Below, piece after piece: positions 37,749-47,292 of a stretch of DNA of 64,000 bases; the stretch's first letter is position 1; each line of letters opens with the position of its first letter. The position numbers and the translations under genes are program-made. Origin of the DNA: Myxococcota bacterium (GTDB lineage Bacteria; Myxococcota_A; UBA796; CAJQPC01); NCBI GenBank assembly GCA_036229005.1, contig JAZAMN010000016.1:92371-156370 (forward strand), in the 5' to 3' direction. The notes below the pieces were generated by a model, which was not told the DNA's origin, did no database searches, and worked only from the letters and a program-made list of their open reading frames with translations.

Positions 37749-38405
37749 TCAGTTCTCGGAGAGGCTCCAGCCGCCCTCACCGTCGCAGCGCGAGTCTCCG
37801 CTGGACATCTCGTAGCTGCCGATGGCGGAGAGGTAGTCCTCGGCGAACTCGCCGCTCGCGGTGGCCTGGTATTCGCTGCTGCGGCAGGTGAACGCGCGGG
37901 AGGTCCCCACGCCATCGCAGTAGAACAAGCGGTCCCCGCCGTTGCCGTTGTTGATGTCCATGATCCAGGTGTCCCCCTCCTGCTCGCAGCTCAGCACAAC
38001 GGTCTCCCAGTCGTAGTAGCAGCCGCCGGGGGTCTCACCAAAGTACATGGTCCAGCGGCCGTCGGTGGGCGGGCAGAGGGAGACCTCGCCGCAAGCGGGC
38101 TCGCGGGGGTTCTCGGCGTAGAGCTCGTCGTGGAGGGAGGCGCAGACGGACTCGCAGCGCTCGGTGTCCCCCGACTCCCAGCAGGCGCCGCTCAAGCCGT
38201 ACTCGGCCTCCTGCTCGGCCAGCGCCCCGGGGTCCACGGCGGCCAGGCAGTCCAGGAAGTCCTGGCAGACCTGAGAGTCGAACTCCGTCGAGCCGTCTCC
38301 GGTGTCGCGCTCCGGCTCCGAGTCCACGGGCCCTCCACCGACACCACCACAAGCCAAGGCACAGAGGCCAGAGAGGGCAACCACTGAGAGCTTCAGTCCA
38401 CGCAC
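37749..38405 (-). CDS. Cys-rich lipoprotein
   Basis: CALAC lipobox; CQDFLDC...CW...CESVC; no recognisable family. Confidence 0.7.
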   Translation of the reverse strand: MRGLKLSVVALSGLCALACGGVGGGPVDSEPERDTGDGSTEFDSQVCQDFLDCLAAVDPGALAEQEAEYGLSGACWESGDTERCESVCASLHDELYAENPREPACGEVSLCPPTDGRWTMYFGETPGGCYYDWETVVLSCEQEGDTWIMDINNGNGGDRLFYCDGVGTSRAFTCRSSEYQATASGEFAEDYLSAIGSYEMSSGDSRCDGEGGWSLSEN

Positions 38406-38472
38406 GGGATCTCCTGTCGTCCGGGATGAACGTCATTCATAGGCGCTCGCGGCCCCCCTCCGCAGCGCCTTG

Positions 38473-40971
38473 TCACACCTGTGACAACGCCCAGTCCAGG
38501 TGCACCCAGAGCAGCTTGAACTCCATGCTGGGGGGACCCTCTCCCCGGGCGGCCTCGATGCGCTCCCGAGCCCCAGGTTCGCCAGCGAGCAGCGCCACCG
38601 CGGCGTGGCTGAGCGCCTGGTACTCCGCCAGGGCCTGCATCCGTGTCTCAGGGGCCTGCGCGCGCTCCCGCTGAGCGGCCTGGAGCTCCCCCCGCCGCAG
38701 GTGGGTGAACAGGCGCCCGCAGTGGGTGAGCACGACCAGCACCGGGCTGGTGCGTACCTGCACGTCCAGGTCCTGAAGAGCGGCGCTGTGGTCCTCCAGG
38801 ACTCCGCGCACCAACCCTCTGTACACCCTGGCCGTCCGACCCCGCTCAGGACGCCCCAGCGCAGTCGAGGTCACCACGGCGCGGGTGAGCTCGGCGATGG
38901 CTCCCTCCGGGTCGCCGTCCAGGTACAGGATGCGCCCGCGGGAGAGGTTCAGCACGCTCAGCTTGTAGGGGCGGCCCAGGGCCCGCCAGACCTGCTCGGC
39001 CTGGTCCAGCAGCCCCCGCGCTTCGTCCAGGCGGCCCTGGCCCAGGGCCAGGTTGGCGGCGTGCTGCAGCAGGATGCCGCGCCCCTCCCAGGAGCCCAGG
39101 TTGGCGACCAGCTCCAGGGCCGCCTGGATCAAGGCGTCGGCGTCGGCCAGCGCGCCCTTCCAGGTGTACATGGCGACCAGGTGACCGGCGACCTCGGCGG
39201 CAAGGCGGTGCGCGCTGCGGGCGTGGGCCTCGCTCCAGGCGGCCTCCAGGTCCAGCAGGGCCTCGGGTGCCGCGTAGCGCCGGCGCCGATTGGCCCGGTG
39301 GACCCGCCAGACCAGGGTCTGCTCCGCAGGCAGGCCCAGCGCAGCGGCCCGGTCCTCCAGGGCCTCGACGCGTTCCCGCTCCCAGATCTCATTGCCGGCG
39401 TAGGCCTGCCAGTCCATCAGCGCGAGGGCGAGCTGGGGCTTGGGGGAGAGGCCCAGGCCGTGCGCCGCGCTGGCCTCGGCCTGCTCGAAGCGACCCAGGG
39501 TGTGCTGCACGCGGCTGAGCTCCAGGGCCAGCTCGGGGGCGGCGGGCAGGCGGCCGGCCAGAGCGTGCTCCAGGGTCTGCAGGCGGGTGGTTGGCGCCAG
39601 CGTGTCCTCGACGGCGAGTGCCCACAGCGAGAGGCAGCGCTCAGCATCCAGGCCAGCGCCGCGGGCGGCGCGGAGGAGGTTGGGGGCGTTGGCCAGCAAG
39701 CGCGATCGAGCCCCCTCCTCTCCCGCTCCCGTGAAGGCCTCAAGGCAGCGCGCCCCCAGGGACAGCATCTGCTCGCGGAAGGCGTCTTCGGCGCCCGGTG
39801 GCGCGTGGCTCTGGGCGAAGGGCCCGACCGGGAAGGGGAGCACCAGGCGCGGCGCGGGGCCCGTTCGGATCTGCACCAGCGCGTGGCGCAGCAGCCCCTG
39901 GACGGCGGCGAGGGCGTGCGGCCCCACCCAGCGCTCCAGGACCTCCAGGCTGAGGCCCGCGGGGGCGAGGGAGGCCAGGGAGAGCAAGGACCGCTCGGGG
40001 TCACTGAGCAGGGTCCAGGAGGCCTGGACGGAGGCGTGGAGCTGGGCGCTGCCAAGGCCGAAGACCTCGCCTTGGGTGCGCAGGCGCTGGGTCACGGCCT
40101 GCGGTCCCAGGAGCTGGCAGGCCTGGCGGGCCAGGGTGAGGGCCAGGGGGTTGTGGCCCAGGGCGCGGGCGAGCTCCCGGTGGTCCGGGCTGTCGCCACC
40201 CAGGAGGCTGCAGGCGCTGTCGCTGTCCAAGGGGGGGACCGGGACGACGCGCTCTCCGGGGAGCTCCAGGGCGCAGCGGGAGGTGCACAGGACCCGCAGC
40301 TCAGGGGCGGCGGCCAGCCAGTCGGGGAGCCACTGGGCCAGGGTCTGCGCGTGCGCTTGGGCGTTGTCCAACACCAGCAGGGGGCGGGGCAGCACCGTGA
40401 AGGCTTCTCCCAGCGGCGCCCGCAGGCCCAGCGCGCCAGGCAGGTAGGCCTCCAGGTCGCCGTCACAGGGGGAGAGATCCGCCCACAGCACGGCGTCGAC
40501 GTGGCTGAGGCTCAGGGCGCGGGCCAGGTCGCTCTTGCCGATGCCCGGGGGGCCGGTGAGGGTGAGCAGTCGGGAGGGCTCCAAAGCGAGGGTGGCCAAC
40601 AGCGAGTCGCGGCCCAGGAGCCGAGGGGGCTGCTGCGAGAGGCCCAGGGCGCGCACCCCCTCCATCCGGTAGCCGGCGCCGTGGACCGTGAGGAGGTGGA
40701 CCGGGTCCGATGGGCGCGCTTCGATCTTCTTGCGGAGCCGCCGCACGGTGGCGTCGACGGTGCGGGAGAGGACCTTGGGGTCGTACTCCCAGACCTGCTG
40801 GAGCAGCTCGTCGCGGGAGACGGCCTGTCCAGGGCGCGCGACCAGGTACTCCAGGCAGGCCAGCTCCTTGGCGCTCAGGCGATCCTCCTGCGATCCCCGC
40901 CGGATCTCGCCCGTGCGCAGATCGATGGTGCAGCTCTGGAGCTGGATGGCCCGGTGGCGGAGTTCGTGCAT
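38473..40971 (-). CDS. Winged-helix (Trans_reg_C) + P-loop ATPase + TPR regulator (STAND-like)
   Basis: VSRDELLQQVW...RTVD...LRKKIE...TVHGAGY; GPPGIGKS; LLVLDNA; TPR-like C-terminus. Confidence 0.88.
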   Translation of the reverse strand: MHELRHRAIQLQSCTIDLRTGEIRRGSQEDRLSAKELACLEYLVARPGQAVSRDELLQQVWEYDPKVLSRTVDATVRRLRKKIEARPSDPVHLLTVHGAGYRMEGVRALGLSQQPPRLLGRDSLLATLALEPSRLLTLTGPPGIGKSDLARALSLSHVDAVLWADLSPCDGDLEAYLPGALGLRAPLGEAFTVLPRPLLVLDNAQAHAQTLAQWLPDWLAAAPELRVLCTSRCALELPGERVVPVPPLDSDSACSLLGGDSPDHRELARALGHNPLALTLARQACQLLGPQAVTQRLRTQGEVFGLGSAQLHASVQASWTLLSDPERSLLSLASLAPAGLSLEVLERWVGPHALAAVQGLLRHALVQIRTGPAPRLVLPFPVGPFAQSHAPPGAEDAFREQMLSLGARCLEAFTGAGEEGARSRLLANAPNLLRAARGAGLDAERCLSLWALAVEDTLAPTTRLQTLEHALAGRLPAAPELALELSRVQHTLGRFEQAEASAAHGLGLSPKPQLALALMDWQAYAGNEIWERERVEALEDRAAALGLPAEQTLVWRVHRANRRRRYAAPEALLDLEAAWSEAHARSAHRLAAEVAGHLVAMYTWKGALADADALIQAALELVANLGSWEGRGILLQHAANLALGQGRLDEARGLLDQAEQVWRALGRPYKLSVLNLSRGRILYLDGDPEGAIAELTRAVVTSTALGRPERGRTARVYRGLVRGVLEDHSAALQDLDVQVRTSPVLVVLTHCGRLFTHLRRGELQAAQRERAQAPETRMQALAEYQALSHAAVALLAGEPGARERIEAARGEGPPSMEFKLLWVHLDWALSQV

Positions 40972-41031
40972 GCCGGCCACGCTATCGCAACTCCCGGTGG
41001 GCCGCGCCCGGCGGCGCGCTATAGGGCGGCC

Positions 41032-42699
41032 ATGCTCACAGTGACCGACCTCTCGATGGCCTACGGCGGCCAGGTGCTCTTTGACGACTGCAACCTGCAG
41101 CTTGACAAGGGCAAGCGCTACGGAATCGTCGGGGCCAATGGCTCCGGCAAGTCCACTCTGCTCCGGATCTTGAGCGAGCAGGAGGGCCCTCAGCAGGGGG
41201 AGGTACGCCGCCCCAAATCCAGCCGCATGGGGGTGCTGGAGCAGGATCACTTTGCCTACGAGGACACCCGCATCCTGGACGTGGTGATGATGGGCAACCC
41301 CGAGCTGTGGCAGGCCATCCAGGACAAGGAGGCCATGCTCAATGGCGGCCCCGACGCCTGGGACGACGACCGCTACATGGGGTACGAGGACGTCATCCTG
41401 CGCTTTGACGGCTACAGCCTGGAGGCCCGGGCGGGGCAGATCCTGGAGGGTCTGGGCATCCCCACCGAGAAGCACGACCAGCCCCTGCGCAGCCTGAGCG
41501 GCGGCTACAAGCTGCGGGCCCTGCTGGCCAAGACCCTGGCGGCGGACCCCGACATCCTGCTGCTGGACGAGCCCACCAACCACCTGGACATCCTGGCCAT
41601 CCACTGGCTGGAGAAGTTCCTGCTGGACTTCTCGGGCTGCACCATCGTGATCAGCCACGACCTGCGCTTCCTGGACGCGGTGGCCACCCACATCCTGGAC
41701 GTGGACTACCAGGCGGTCACTCTCTACAAGGGCGACTACAGCAGCTTCGAGCGCCAGAAGGTCGAGGAGCGGGCCCGCCGCGAGCAGGAGATCGGCAAGC
41801 GGGAGAAGGAGATCGCCGACCACAAGGCCTTCATCGCCCGCTTCAAGGCCAAGGCCTCCAAGGCGCGGCAGGCCAACTCCCGGCAGAAGCGCATGGAGAA
41901 GATCCAGATCGACCGCCTGCCTACGAGCTCTCGGCGGCACCCGCGCTTTCTGTTCAAGCAGCAGCGCGCCAGCGGCCGGCACGTGCTCAAGGCCAAGGGG
42001 CTGTCCAAGGCCTACGGCGATCTGCAGGTGCTGCGGGACGTGAGCTTCGCCATCGAGCGCGGCGAGCGCGTGGCCGTCGTGGGCGCAAACGGCGTGGGCA
42101 AGTCCACGCTGCTCAAGATCTTGATGGGCGCGCTGGAGGCCGACGCGGGCGCCTTCGAGTGGGGGCACGAGGTGCACCTGGGCTACTTCCCCCAGGACCA
42201 CCACGACGCCCTGGGTGACGGGCAGCAGTCCGTGGCCGAGTCCATGTGGGAGGCCGTGCCCGAGGAGGGGCTGGGGCAGGTCCTGGCCCGCCTGGCGGCC
42301 GTGCTGTTCAACAAGGACGACACCGAGAAGAAGGTGGACAACCTGAGCGGCGGCGAGGCGGCCCGGCTGCTCTTCTCCCGCATCAGCGCGACCGAGCCCA
42401 CCGTCATGGTGCTGGACGAGCCCACCAACCACCTGGACATCGAGGGGCTCCAGTCGCTGGCCGAGTCCCTCAAGAAGTACCCGGGCACCCTGATCTTCGT
42501 GAGCCACGACCGGTGGTTCGTGGATCAGCTGGCCACGCGCATCCTGGAGATCACCCCCACGGGCCTGCGGGACTACACCGGCACCTGGTCGGAGTACCTG
42601 CGCTCCGGCGAGGACCACCTGGACGCCGAAGCCGTGGTGGCCAAGGAGCGGCGGGAAGCGCGCGAGGCGAAGAAGCAGCGCAAGCGCAAGGGGCGCTGA
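41032..42699 (+). CDS. ABC-F family ribosome-associated ATPase (YbiT-like)
   Basis: Two NBDs (GANGSGKST, GANGVGKST), LSGG signatures, LDEPTNHLD twice, no TM helices. Confidence 0.93.
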   Translation: MLTVTDLSMAYGGQVLFDDCNLQLDKGKRYGIVGANGSGKSTLLRILSEQEGPQQGEVRRPKSSRMGVLEQDHFAYEDTRILDVVMMGNPELWQAIQDKEAMLNGGPDAWDDDRYMGYEDVILRFDGYSLEARAGQILEGLGIPTEKHDQPLRSLSGGYKLRALLAKTLAADPDILLLDEPTNHLDILAIHWLEKFLLDFSGCTIVISHDLRFLDAVATHILDVDYQAVTLYKGDYSSFERQKVEERARREQEIGKREKEIADHKAFIARFKAKASKARQANSRQKRMEKIQIDRLPTSSRRHPRFLFKQQRASGRHVLKAKGLSKAYGDLQVLRDVSFAIERGERVAVVGANGVGKSTLLKILMGALEADAGAFEWGHEVHLGYFPQDHHDALGDGQQSVAESMWEAVPEEGLGQVLARLAAVLFNKDDTEKKVDNLSGGEAARLLFSRISATEPTVMVLDEPTNHLDIEGLQSLAESLKKYPGTLIFVSHDRWFVDQLATRILEITPTGLRDYTGTWSEYLRSGEDHLDAEAVVAKERREAREAKKQRKRKGR

Positions 42700-42701
42700 G
42701 C

Positions 42702-43058
42702 GTGGCGGGCTGGCTGCTGCTGCTCCCCGCGATCATCCACCTGCTGCCGGTCTCCGGCGTGCTGGGGGCGGCCCGCCTGGAGAAGCTCTACGGCGCCCGC
42801 GTGGACGACCCCAACCTGCTGCTGGCCATGCGCCACCGGGCGCTGATGTTCGGCGGCCTGGGCCTGGGCCTGCTGGCCGCGATGCTCTGGGAGCCCGCGC
42901 GCCTGCCGGTGGTCGCCCTGACCGTCCTGAGCGATGCAGCCTTCGCCGCCCTGGCGCTGGCCACCCCCGAGCGGAGCCCGCAGATGACCCGCGTGCTCAT
43001 CGCGGATGGCGTGTCACTGGCCCGCCTGCTGCCGGCGCTGGTCCTGTCCCTGCCCTGA
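42702..43058 (+). CDS. Small integral membrane protein
   Basis: IHLLPVSGVLG..RLEKLYG...MRHRALMFG; about four hydrophobic segments. Confidence 0.75.
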   Translation: MAGWLLLLPAIIHLLPVSGVLGAARLEKLYGARVDDPNLLLAMRHRALMFGGLGLGLLAAMLWEPARLPVVALTVLSDAAFAALALATPERSPQMTRVLIADGVSLARLLPALVLSLP

Positions 43059-43068
43059 AGCGGGGCCG

Positions 43069-43848
43069 CTACACCGCCACGAGCGGCAGCAGCTCCGAGC
43101 GCACCTCGACCAGCGCGGCATGGAGCGCCGCAGGGTCCGTGAGCGGCGTGATGGCCCACCCCAGCACCCGGTGCATGCAGGCGGCCTGCTCGGGGTGGAA
43201 GGCCGCGAACAGGGCCCAGCACGGGTAGAGGTCGCGGGTGTACTGGCCGTGCCGATGGGCCGTGCTCTCCAGGCCGGCCCGCACGATGGCCTTGCAGATC
43301 CAGCGGCAGGCATCCGCCGTGTCGGCAGGGGGCCGACACAAGAGCTCCTGGACGCTCTCCCGCACGTGGCGGGCGTCTCCCAGGGTGTCGGGTCCTGGCC
43401 TGAATCGCCCCAGCGCCGGGATGTGGTCGGGGCCGAACACGCAGAGTCCAGTGGTGGCCAGGAGCATGCGCGCGAAGCCTGCGTCGGGCTGCGCCAGCCG
43501 GACGAGGGGGGTGTGCCCCAGCTCCACCTGGCTGACCAGCGGCAGGGCGGCCGCCAGGCGCTCCGAGGCCTCCTCCCAGGGGGCGGTGACCACCCGCGGC
43601 CCCGAGGCGGACCCGCCGTGGGAGAGCGCCCAGGTGTCCAAGTCGCTCAGCGACGGCACAAAGCCACCCCGGGCCACAGAGCCCCGCAGGTAGACGGAGT
43701 GCAGCGCGTCCCCCAAGCCCTCTTGGTAGGCCGCGATGCAGGCCTGCACGCCGGGCTGCAGCGCCAGCGGGATGTGCGCCGCGCTCGTGTCGTTGACCAG
43801 GGTGCCGTCGGCGGCCTTGGGCAGCAGGCGCCCTTGGGGTCGGATCAT
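43069..43848 (-). CDS. Nucleotidyltransferase-domain protein
   Basis: SVYLRGSVARG....SDLD (Pol-beta-type GS..DxD); YTRDLYPC. Confidence 0.8.
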   Translation of the reverse strand: MIRPQGRLLPKAADGTLVNDTSAAHIPLALQPGVQACIAAYQEGLGDALHSVYLRGSVARGGFVPSLSDLDTWALSHGGSASGPRVVTAPWEEASERLAAALPLVSQVELGHTPLVRLAQPDAGFARMLLATTGLCVFGPDHIPALGRFRPGPDTLGDARHVRESVQELLCRPPADTADACRWICKAIVRAGLESTAHRHGQYTRDLYPCWALFAAFHPEQAACMHRVLGWAITPLTDPAALHAALVEVRSELLPLVAV

Positions 43849-45326
43849 CCGATCCCAGGGGGGAGCTTGTCCGCCCAGGGCCGCGCCTGCTCGAGCTGCG
43901 CGGAGACGCGGAAGAGGGTGGCCTCGTCACCAAAGGCCGCCGAGAGCTGCACGCCGATGGGCAGCCCGTCCTTCCAGAACAGGGGCAGGCTGGCGGCGGG
44001 CTGGCCGGTCTGGTTGAAGAGCTGGGTGTTGGGCGTCCACGACAGGGCCTTGCCGCCCATCTGCTGGACGGCGAAGTCCAACAGGCCCTTGGTGGCGATG
44101 GCGCGCATGGCCGCCATCTGCAGGTGCTCGCCGCGGCTGGGGTAGACCTCGCCGACGCGGGCGGGGGGCTTGGCCAGCGTGCTGGAGAGCAGCAGGTCGT
44201 AGTCCTGGTGGAAGGCGGCAAGGGTGCGATTCACCCGCTGCATCTCCACGATGGAGTCCTGCAGCTCGGGGGCCGAGGTGGCCCAGCCGATCTGGGCCAT
44301 CAGCCAGGTGGTGGGCTCGAAGTCCGCCGGCGAGGGCTTGCGGCCGGCGCTGCGCGCGGTGTCGTCCACGAACCAGGCGATGCCCGCGCAGACGGTGCGG
44401 AAGTAGGCCAGGACCATGGCCTCCTTGGGGTAGACCGGGGCGGCCTCCACGACCTCGTGGCCCAGGGACTCCAGCAGCTTGGCGGCGTCCAGCACGGCCT
44501 CGCGGCAGGCGGGATCCGTCTCCCCGGTGTGGAGGGTGTCGGTGGTGAAGGCGATGCGGAGCTTTCCGGGGTCGGCGCCCAGCTCCTCGCTCCAGGGCCG
44601 GGCCGGAGGTGCGATCCCATAGGGTTCCCCGGGGGTGGGGATCGCGGTGAGGTCCAGCAGCGCAGCCGAGTCCCTCACCGAGCGCGAGAGCACGTGCTCC
44701 TGCACGAAGCCGCCCCAGGCGTCGCCCATGAAGGGGGCCATGGTGTTCCGGCCGCGCGTGGGCTTGAGGCCAAAGAGCCCCGTTGCGCTGGCCGGGATGC
44801 GGATCGAGCCGCCACCGTCCCCGCCGTGGGCCACCGGCACCATGCGCGCCGCCACCGCCGCCGCCGAGCCCCCGCTGGAGCCCCCCGGCGTGTGGTCGGG
44901 GTTCCAGGGGTTGCGGCAGGGCCCGCGCATCAGGGGCTCGGTGATGCCCATGATCCCGAACTCCGGCGTGTTGGTCTTGCCCACGATGTTCAGCCCGGCG
45001 GCCTCGTAGCGCTCGACCAGCACGCTGGAGCGCTCGGCGACCACCCCCTGCTTGAGCTTGGTGGAGTTGGTGGTCACCGTCCCCGCGAGCTGCGCCTTGA
45101 GGTCCTTGAGCAGGAAGGGGACCCCCTTGAAGGGCCCGTCCGGCAGCGCGTCCACCCGGGCCTTCGCCCGCTCGAACAATGTATCAACCACGGCGTTCAA
45201 CGCCGGGTTTCGCGCCTCGATCCGCTCGATCGCGGCCTCCAGGGCCTGCTGCGGGGAGATCTCCCCATCCCGGATGTGCTGGGCGAGGGCGGTGGCGTCG
45301 AGAGCGTCGTATTCGGGGAGCGTCAT
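43845..45326 (-). CDS. Amidase (amidase-signature family)
   Basis: [42 protein letters not shown]. Confidence 0.95.
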   Translation of the reverse strand: MTLPEYDALDATALAQHIRDGEISPQQALEAAIERIEARNPALNAVVDTLFERAKARVDALPDGPFKGVPFLLKDLKAQLAGTVTTNSTKLKQGVVAERSSVLVERYEAAGLNIVGKTNTPEFGIMGITEPLMRGPCRNPWNPDHTPGGSSGGSAAAVAARMVPVAHGGDGGGSIRIPASATGLFGLKPTRGRNTMAPFMGDAWGGFVQEHVLSRSVRDSAALLDLTAIPTPGEPYGIAPPARPWSEELGADPGKLRIAFTTDTLHTGETDPACREAVLDAAKLLESLGHEVVEAAPVYPKEAMVLAYFRTVCAGIAWFVDDTARSAGRKPSPADFEPTTWLMAQIGWATSAPELQDSIVEMQRVNRTLAAFHQDYDLLLSSTLAKPPARVGEVYPSRGEHLQMAAMRAIATKGLLDFAVQQMGGKALSWTPNTQLFNQTGQPAASLPLFWKDGLPIGVQLSAAFGDEATLFRVSAQLEQARPWADKLPPGIG

Positions 45327-45352
45327 GCCGGGAGGGTACACCCGGCGCGGGC

Positions 45353-46537
45353 TCAGGCGGGAGTGAAGGAGAAGGGGTAGCGGACCCACACCACGCCGTC
45401 GCCCTTGGGCTCGGGGAACTGCAGCCCGTCCACGACCTCCAGCAGGCAGGCCTCCACCGGTGGGCTGCTCAGGGTGCTCTCCTTGACCTCCTGCCGGGTG
45501 ACGCGCCCGTCGGTCTCGATGCGGAAGCGCACGACCACCTGCCCGGCCAGGTCCGGGTCGGTCTTGACCGCCTGTTGGTAGCAGTCGGCCAGCGGCCCCA
45601 TGGAGGCCTGGATGACGCCGGAGATGGCCTCCTTCTCCAGGTGACCCAGGATTGGCACCGACGGGTTGAACTCAAAGGGCCTGGCGAGCCCCAAGGCCAC
45701 CAGCCGCTCCTGCAACGCCACCAGCTCCGCCAGGGTCGGCCAATCCTCGGCCAGATACACCAGCCGCAGCTCAGGACCGACCTGCGCCAGGCTCCAGGTC
45801 ACCGCCGTCTCCAGCTCTGCCGGTTCCAGCTGACAGGGCCCGTAGGGGTCGCAGGCCGGCCCGTCCTCCCCCTCCGGCATCCCCATCGCGAAGTACAACT
45901 GCCGGTCCGGCATGTAGCTCAGGTAGAGCGGTGCACCCGGCGGTTTCCGGGGCTCGGACAGATACAACACCCCCTGGTCCTGGACCCTCAGGGTCGCCGC
46001 CCGTCGCTCCGCCTGCCGCAGGCTCTCGACGATGGGGTTGAGGTCGGAGCCCAGATCCTGGCCCCGGGCATGGATCTCCACACCTCTCTGGGTCTGCGAC
46101 CGCAGCAGCTCCAGCAGCTCGGGGATCGCATCATCGACGAGGTGCTCAGTGGGCACACCCCCATCCACCCGCGGCACCACCTGCGCGCCGTCCACCCAGA
46201 TCCCCTCGGGGCGCAGCTCCACGACGATGGGCGCCGGAGGCGGCCCGTCCCACGCCCAGGTGTAGCGGGACCGGGCGGTCAGCAGCAGGGTGTCCTCGCT
46301 GGTGGACTTGAGTGCAGAGAGGCAGGCGTGGGCCGCTGAGTCCTGGACGGTGAAGGACACGATGCGCGCGTGCCCCAGAGCGTCTTGCTCCAGACGCAGA
46401 GAGCCCTGCTGGGACCCACACTCCGAGGCCTGCACGACCAGCTCTCGGGCGAAGGGGGAGGCCTGGTAGAGCGGGAGCAGGGGGTCGGGGACGGAGAGGG
46501 GCTGGAGGGCCAGGATCAGGGGGAGCAGCGGGGTCAT
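45353..46537 (-). CDS. Exported protein with ExbD-like region and C-terminal AgmX/PglI (TonB-C-like) domain
   Basis: Short signal peptide; CYQQAVKTDPDLAGQVVVRFRI...G.V...C...FPEP...VRYPFSF. Confidence 0.8.
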   Translation of the reverse strand: MTPLLPLILALQPLSVPDPLLPLYQASPFARELVVQASECGSQQGSLRLEQDALGHARIVSFTVQDSAAHACLSALKSTSEDTLLLTARSRYTWAWDGPPPAPIVVELRPEGIWVDGAQVVPRVDGGVPTEHLVDDAIPELLELLRSQTQRGVEIHARGQDLGSDLNPIVESLRQAERRAATLRVQDQGVLYLSEPRKPPGAPLYLSYMPDRQLYFAMGMPEGEDGPACDPYGPCQLEPAELETAVTWSLAQVGPELRLVYLAEDWPTLAELVALQERLVALGLARPFEFNPSVPILGHLEKEAISGVIQASMGPLADCYQQAVKTDPDLAGQVVVRFRIETDGRVTRQEVKESTLSSPPVEACLLEVVDGLQFPEPKGDGVVWVRYPFSFTPA

Positions 46538-47292
46538 CGGCGGCGCTCGGGCTCCGGAGTGGGTGGACGTGGGGCGAACTCGATGGGCTGGAGGACGCGG
46601 CCCTGGACGCCGGCGGGCATGGGGATCTCGCGGACGCGCTGGACGACGCACTGGGTGAGCTCGGGGTTGTCGAGGGTGTCCAAGGCCACGCGGAGCTCCT
46701 GAGCGCGCCCGTCGACGACCTGCCACTCCAGCTCCAGGCGACCGCTGTGGGGGTGACTGGACTGGGACTGGAGCCACTGGCAGTGGGCGATGCGGCCTCG
46801 GTAGTACCCGAGCGCCTGGGAAAAGGCCTCCGGGTCCACGCCCGCGGGGAGCGCTGGGGTCCCGAGCTGGACGGAGCTGTCCGTGCGCAGGATCAGGATG
46901 AAGGGGTAGAAGAACTCCCCGTCGACATCGACGGGAAAGCGCCAGCGCTCGATCCTGTCGGTCATGCAGTCGCCCAAGGCCTCGCTGCCCGTGGTGTTCT
47001 CGACGATGCTCGCCTGCTTGACCCGGCCGGACTGGATGGTGAAGCGGGTCTCCACCCGTCCCTCCAGGGTGGGGTCCTCTTTGCGGTGAGCCTCGTAGCA
47101 GTACACGATGTTCACTTGGTACTTGCGGACGGTCTGTTTCACCCGCGCTGCGTCGCTCTCCTGGGGTGGTGGCTGCTGGTCGGACGTGCTCGGCAGGACC
47201 TCGTAGGGGAACCCAGCGTCTTGTGCTGTCACCTGAGCGGGGTGGGTCCAGGCGGTGAGCCCCGACAGCGCGACGACGAAAAGCAAGCTCAC
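46534..47292 (-). CDS. Exported protein with two AgmX/PglI (TonB-C-like) domains
   Basis: CYEAHRKEDPTLEGRV...WRFP...YPFIL, then a second degenerate copy; AAGGAGG RBS. Confidence 0.8.
   Translation of the reverse strand: MSLLFVVALSGLTAWTHPAQVTAQDAGFPYEVLPSTSDQQPPPQESDAARVKQTVRKYQVNIVYCYEAHRKEDPTLEGRVETRFTIQSGRVKQASIVENTTGSEALGDCMTDRIERWRFPVDVDGEFFYPFILILRTDSSVQLGTPALPAGVDPEAFSQALGYYRGRIAHCQWLQSQSSHPHSGRLELEWQVVDGRAQELRVALDTLDNPELTQCVVQRVREIPMPAGVQGRVLQPIEFAPRPPTPEPERRR

Noticed and set aside
38473..42699. 1381-aa and 1399-aa ORFs as single proteins
   Set aside because: These are two divergent genes starting at 40971 (minus) and 41032 (plus); the extensions are the antisense of each other.
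41032..42699. Antibiotic-resistance ABC-F
   Set aside because: Looks like a housekeeping YbiT-type protein with native codon usage and no mobile context.
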